Shown here piece by piece: positions 60,233 to 64,000 of a stretch of DNA of 64,000 nucleotides. The notes below the pieces were generated by a model, which made no database searches, had not been told where the DNA came from, and saw only the letters and a program-made list of their open reading frames with translations. The stretch lies in contig CAWBVU010000006.1 in NCBI GenBank assembly GCA_963792405.1, forward strand, positions 410,325 through 474,324. The letters are read 5' to 3'. Within the stretch, counting starts at the first letter, position 1. Each line of letters opens with the position of its first letter. Source of the stretch: an uncultured Acidimicrobiia bacterium. GTDB lineage: Bacteria; Actinomycetota; Acidimicrobiia; Spongiisociales; UBA5794. The position numbers and the translations under genes were made by a program.

Positions 60233-62320
60233 TCAGCCGCCGTCGCCGCCACCGCCGTCGCCGCCATCGCCACCGCCGGTGTACCTGCCCACCGTGAGCG
60301 TGATGGTCGTCCCGGGGTCCTGGAAGCCTGTGGGGCTCGCCGACAGGACGATGCCGTCCTTGGCCGGGTCTTCGGTGTCCTGGAGGACCACGGCGACCGC
60401 GAATCCCGCTTCGGTGATCGCCGCCGAGGCGGTTCCCTGCGGGGTGCCCGACACGGCAGGCACCTGGATCGGGCACACGCCGCTACCGCCGACCCGCTCG
60501 TCACATGGGTGCACCAGGATCACGTTCTTCTCGCCCGAGTACCTCCATGGGAACTGCTCGCGCGTGATCTCGTTCCCGTCACGATCGTAGAAGATCCTGG
60601 TGTTGACGACGGACCAGCCCTTGGAGCCCTTCGACTTGACTCGCTCCTCACCCGGCTTGACGACCCCGTCGGGATCGGCCTGGTACTCGCGCCTCGGATC
60701 GGTCACGTTCGTCCGTTCAGACCGTTCCGTGCCGCAGGTCATGCCGTCCTGGTTGCCGAAGAACGTCACGGTGATCGATCGACGCGTGTACGAGGTGCGG
60801 ATGATCACGGGCGCCTTCGAGTCGTTCGTGAACGCCACGTCGGGGCTCGGATAGCCGAGCGTGGCCTCGCGCCCCTCCGGGTACTTGGAGAAGTAGATAC
60901 TGTGGGGCTGGTGGGTGACGTCCTCGTAGCAGCCGAAGTAGATTGCGTTGAAGATCGTGGTGCCGAACTGGCTCACACCGCCACCGATGTTGACCGTCTC
61001 CTCCTCGCAGGAGAGCTCGCCGGTGACGATCGCGCAGTCGTAGAGGAAGCCCTTGTCGAGGGTCCGCCTGCCCACGTGTTCGTTGACGGAGAACGTCTCG
61101 CCCGGCCAGACGATCGCGTTGTCGACCAGGTCGGCCATCAGGTCGATGTTGTGGGCCCTGTTCACCCCCGGCTTGTACGTCGTGAACTCCGAGACCTCGT
61201 ACAGCTCTCCGTACGCCTCCGCCATCTCGGTGGTGAACGAGGGCGGAGCGTCGAGCACGATGGGCAGCTCGCCACGACCCCCCGCACGAGCAGCGGCCTC
61301 GATCGCTGCCGCGACCTCGCCGGCGTCGATCGTCGTGCCGTTCCTCGCCGGGATCAACCTGATGGTGTCATCGGCGGGGAGGCTTGCGCGATCCTGTTCG
61401 CTGTCGGTGATCTCGTAGTTCTCGTCGACGTCCTCGAAGTCGTCGACGACGATGGTCTCCCAGTAGGCGTCCTGTGGGGGAAGCTCGAGTGACACTCGCT
61501 CCGCCTCGATGAGTGGGAGGAAGACGTCGTGATCGAAGGAGAACACGATCGTCGACGGGTCACCGTGCACGACCTCCGCGTCGAGAGCTTGCGCAATGTC
61601 GGAGGGGTCCACGCTGAGGGTGAATCCGTAGTCGTCCTGGGTCAGGAGCACCGGTGTGCTCATCATGGTCGTGGCCTCTTCCGCCGCAGCATCGAGGTCC
61701 TCGTTCGTGAGCGACGGTGTCGCGATGGCCGTGGGGAGGACGATGACGTCGGTCGCGCCCACACGGAGGGCATCGCCGATCAGCGTGCCTGCGACACCAC
61801 GATCGATCGCCTCGCCGTCCCTCGGGTACTCGACCTCGACATCGCCGTCGACGATGGCGATCGAGCCGTCGAACGCGGGATTGGGGATGGCCTCCTGCTC
61901 CCACTCGACGAGCTTGGCCTCGAGGAGATCAGGGTCGATGGTGGCAGTGATCGAGACGTCGATCGGCTCGGAGAATGCCCGCAGCCAGTCGGTGATCCCG
62001 CCCTTGTGCTGTTCCATCGCAGCGTCGACCGCTCCCTCGGTGTCGAAGGTCAGCCCGACCTCGCGTGGGTCGAGGGTGAACTCGCTGCCGTTCACGGACA
62101 CGGTGGCCGTTGTCGCCGTGAGCTCGGCCGCGTAGCGGTTCACTGCAGCGACGGCATCTGCCCTCGAATACCGTGCGATGTCGACGCCTTCCACCGTCAC
62201 GTTGCGCGCCACCTTGTCCGACGCCGCCGCCGAGTCGATCGCGTAGATCGACAGGGGCATCATCAGGATGATCAGGGGGACGATCGTGAAGAGGATCGCT
62301 CGTGTGCGGGAGGCGGCCAT
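60233..62320 (-). CDS. VanW-domain protein with N-terminal TM anchor and C-terminal PASTA domain (tandem paralog)
   Basis: Same architecture as 58086..60098, alignable throughout (NIGGGVSQFGTTIFNAIYFGC, HQPHSIYF); Gly/Asp-rich C-terminus. Confidence 0.75.
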   Translation of the reverse strand: MAASRTRAILFTIVPLIILMMPLSIYAIDSAAASDKVARNVTVEGVDIARYSRADAVAAVNRYAAELTATTATVSVNGSEFTLDPREVGLTFDTEGAVDAAMEQHKGGITDWLRAFSEPIDVSITATIDPDLLEAKLVEWEQEAIPNPAFDGSIAIVDGDVEVEYPRDGEAIDRGVAGTLIGDALRVGATDVIVLPTAIATPSLTNEDLDAAAEEATTMMSTPVLLTQDDYGFTLSVDPSDIAQALDAEVVHGDPSTIVFSFDHDVFLPLIEAERVSLELPPQDAYWETIVVDDFEDVDENYEITDSEQDRASLPADDTIRLIPARNGTTIDAGEVAAAIEAAARAGGRGELPIVLDAPPSFTTEMAEAYGELYEVSEFTTYKPGVNRAHNIDLMADLVDNAIVWPGETFSVNEHVGRRTLDKGFLYDCAIVTGELSCEEETVNIGGGVSQFGTTIFNAIYFGCYEDVTHQPHSIYFSKYPEGREATLGYPSPDVAFTNDSKAPVIIRTSYTRRSITVTFFGNQDGMTCGTERSERTNVTDPRREYQADPDGVVKPGEERVKSKGSKGWSVVNTRIFYDRDGNEITREQFPWRYSGEKNVILVHPCDERVGGSGVCPIQVPAVSGTPQGTASAAITEAGFAVAVVLQDTEDPAKDGIVLSASPTGFQDPGTTITLTVGRYTGGGDGGDGGGGDGG

Positions 62321-62418
62321 TGGGCTCCGGAGGTTCCTGGCTGGGTGAGTTCCTGGCTGAGGCCCTTCGAGTATATGAGCCGGGTCCCGGTAGCGAGCCC
62401 GTTGCGCGCCCCTTCAGA

Positions 62419-63219
62419 ATGGCTCGGACGTACCCTTCGGCGATGCGGCGACTCGACGACCTCCCTGACGGCGACCGTATGTCCGTGTCGGCGACCCTCA
62501 TGCTCACCTACCGCCGCTGTCCTCAACAGGCGCTCGCACGCGTGCTCGGCGTCTACCCCGTGCCGAATCGCGCCACGCTCCGTGGTGCCCTCGCCCATCG
62601 GATCTTCGCACGTCACCTCGCGCACGGACCGATCCCTGACGAGGGGTTCGCGCTGGCCTGCAGGCAGGAGACAGGAGCGAGCCTCAACCAGCAGCTCGCC
62701 GATGTGGGGATCTCGAAGCCGAGTGAATTCGCCGCAATCGTCGCCGAGGTCGCGCGCCTCTACGAGCGGTTCCGGTCGCTCCCTTTCGATGGCCTGGAAG
62801 CCGCTGAACTGCCATTCGAGGACGAGGCAGCGAACGGCGTGGTGCTCAAGGGACGGATCGATGCGGTCTTCAGCGACGAGGGACGCACCAGGATCGTGGA
62901 CTGGAAGACCGGAACGGAGCTCGGCGACGACGCCTCCACGCAGCTCGGCTTCTATGCCTTCGCCTGGCGGCGACGGACGGGTGCGCCGCCCGACACGGTC
63001 GAGGCGATGTCGATCGCGACCGGCGAGAGGGTCGTCGAGCATCCGTCCGCCTCGCGTCTGGACGCGATCGAGGCAGAGCTCGTCGACATGATCGCCGACC
63101 TCAGGGGTGCGTTGGCCTCCGGGGGAGAGCTCGCACGCACCGCAGGTCCGCACTGTCGATGGTGCCCGCTGCTCGACGAGTGCGGTGAGGGTCGTGTGGC
63201 CCTCGACATGCTCGGGTGA
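62419..63219 (+). CDS. PD-(D/E)XK nuclease family protein with Cas4/AddB-type four-Cys (Fe-S) arrangement
   Basis: One N-terminal Cys (YRRCPQQ) plus C-terminal CRWCPLLDEC as in the Cas4/RecB-nuclease iron-sulfur cluster; GRIDAVF...IVDWKTG matches the D..(D/E)xK core. Confidence 0.6.
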   Translation: MARTYPSAMRRLDDLPDGDRMSVSATLMLTYRRCPQQALARVLGVYPVPNRATLRGALAHRIFARHLAHGPIPDEGFALACRQETGASLNQQLADVGISKPSEFAAIVAEVARLYERFRSLPFDGLEAAELPFEDEAANGVVLKGRIDAVFSDEGRTRIVDWKTGTELGDDASTQLGFYAFAWRRRTGAPPDTVEAMSIATGERVVEHPSASRLDAIEAELVDMIADLRGALASGGELARTAGPHCRWCPLLDECGEGRVALDMLG

Positions 63220-63254
63220 CGACCTCGGCGCGTGGGTGCGCGATACTCCCACCC

Positions 63255-64000
63255 GTGACGCCAGGGACCCTCCTCTCGCTCCATGCCCACCCCGACGACG
63301 AATCCTCCAAGGGTGCAGGAACGGTCGCGCGGTATGTGGCGAAGGGGTGGAATGCCATCCTCGTCACGGCAACGGGTGGGGAGGCGGGGGACATCCTGAA
63401 CCCCGCGATGGATCGACCCGAGATCGTGCGTGACCTCGCATCGGTGCGCGAGGCCGAGCTTGCGGAGGCCGCCCGGATCATCGGTTACGGCGAGACGATC
63501 CTGCTGGGATACAGGGACTCCGGCATGCCGGATTCCGAGGACAACGCACGGCCGGACGCGTTCTGCAACCAGGACCACGATGCCGTGCTGGCGAGGCTCG
63601 TCGCCATCGTCCGATCACGGAGGCCCGACATCCTCCTCGGGTATGACGCGCATGAGTTCTACCCCCATCCCGACCACCTCTTCATCCACCGCCTGACCGT
63701 CGATCTGATGGACGCGGCAGCCGATCCCGAGCGGTTCCCCGACGCGGGCGCGCCTTGGCAGATCAAGAAGGTCTACGCCCCTGTGTTCACGATCGAGCGG
63801 ATCCGGGCCCTGCACGAGGCCATGGTCGAGCGCACGGGATCCTCCCCGTATCACGGCTGGATGGAGCGTCTCGACCGCGACGCAGACGATCGCCACATCA
63901 CCAGGGTGGACGTGACGGGCCATGTCGAGCAGGGAAGGGATGCGCTCCGCGCCCACCGGACCCAGGTCGACCCTGACGGCTTCTGGTTCATGGTGCCGAC
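63255..64000 (+). CDS. mca: mycothiol S-conjugate amidase (partial, runs off window end)
   Basis: HAHPDDESSKGAGTVARY...LVTATGGEAGDILNPAMD...YPHPDH agrees closely with Mca; GTG start; this frame is not in the ORF track because it has no stop in the window. Confidence 0.8.
   Translation, partial: MTPGTLLSLHAHPDDESSKGAGTVARYVAKGWNAILVTATGGEAGDILNPAMDRPEIVRDLASVREAELAEAARIIGYGETILLGYRDSGMPDSEDNARPDAFCNQDHDAVLARLVAIVRSRRPDILLGYDAHEFYPHPDHLFIHRLTVDLMDAAADPERFPDAGAPWQIKKVYAPVFTIERIRALHEAMVERTGSSPYHGWMERLDRDADDRHITRVDVTGHVEQGRDALRAHRTQVDPDGFWFMVP

Overview
High-GC (roughly 68-70%) actinobacterial chromosomal segment. The encoded Mca (mycothiol S-conjugate amidase), CofC/FbiD and a PPOX-class F420-dependent enzyme point to a mycothiol- and F420-using Actinobacterium. 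Most of the window is densely packed core metabolism. Recognisable genes include pgl, rpiB, murA, meaB, iscS-mnmA, ligA, a contiguous dapC-dapD-dapE block, gatCAB, ppc, serA, ilvE, gltX and pyk. There are also several ABC transporters and many membrane proteins or lipoproteins of unknown function. No transposase, integrase, CRISPR array or rRNA was seen. The most unusual locus lies around 41.5-45.9 kb. A tRNA-Gln/tRNA-Glu pair is followed by two tandem 123-nt repeats, each ending in a 3' half of tRNA-Glu. Next comes a strong terminator hairpin, then a translationally coupled three-gene mini-operon (RRM RNA-binding protein, a 59-aa C2H2-like zinc-finger protein with a basic tail, and a 62-aa unknown protein). 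A hairpin-rich tandem-repeat spacer follows, then a large secreted UshA-type 5'-nucleotidase with C-terminal FG-GAP/VCBS-like repeats. Other notable items are a frameshift-split PaaI-type thioesterase, an MsiK-like ATPase gene whose codon usage is sharply atypical (G-ending rather than C-ending, TTG-rich) and suggests foreign origin, a tightly overlapping six-gene minus-strand operon mixing an amino-acid ABC transporter that lacks its ATPase with VOC/CofC/PIG-L/saccharopine-dehydrogenase genes, and tandem paralogous VanW-PASTA genes. Coordinates were derived from the ORF track plus manual start-codon choice. Starts are uncertain by a few codons in places, and hairpin and tRNA coordinates by 1-2 nt.
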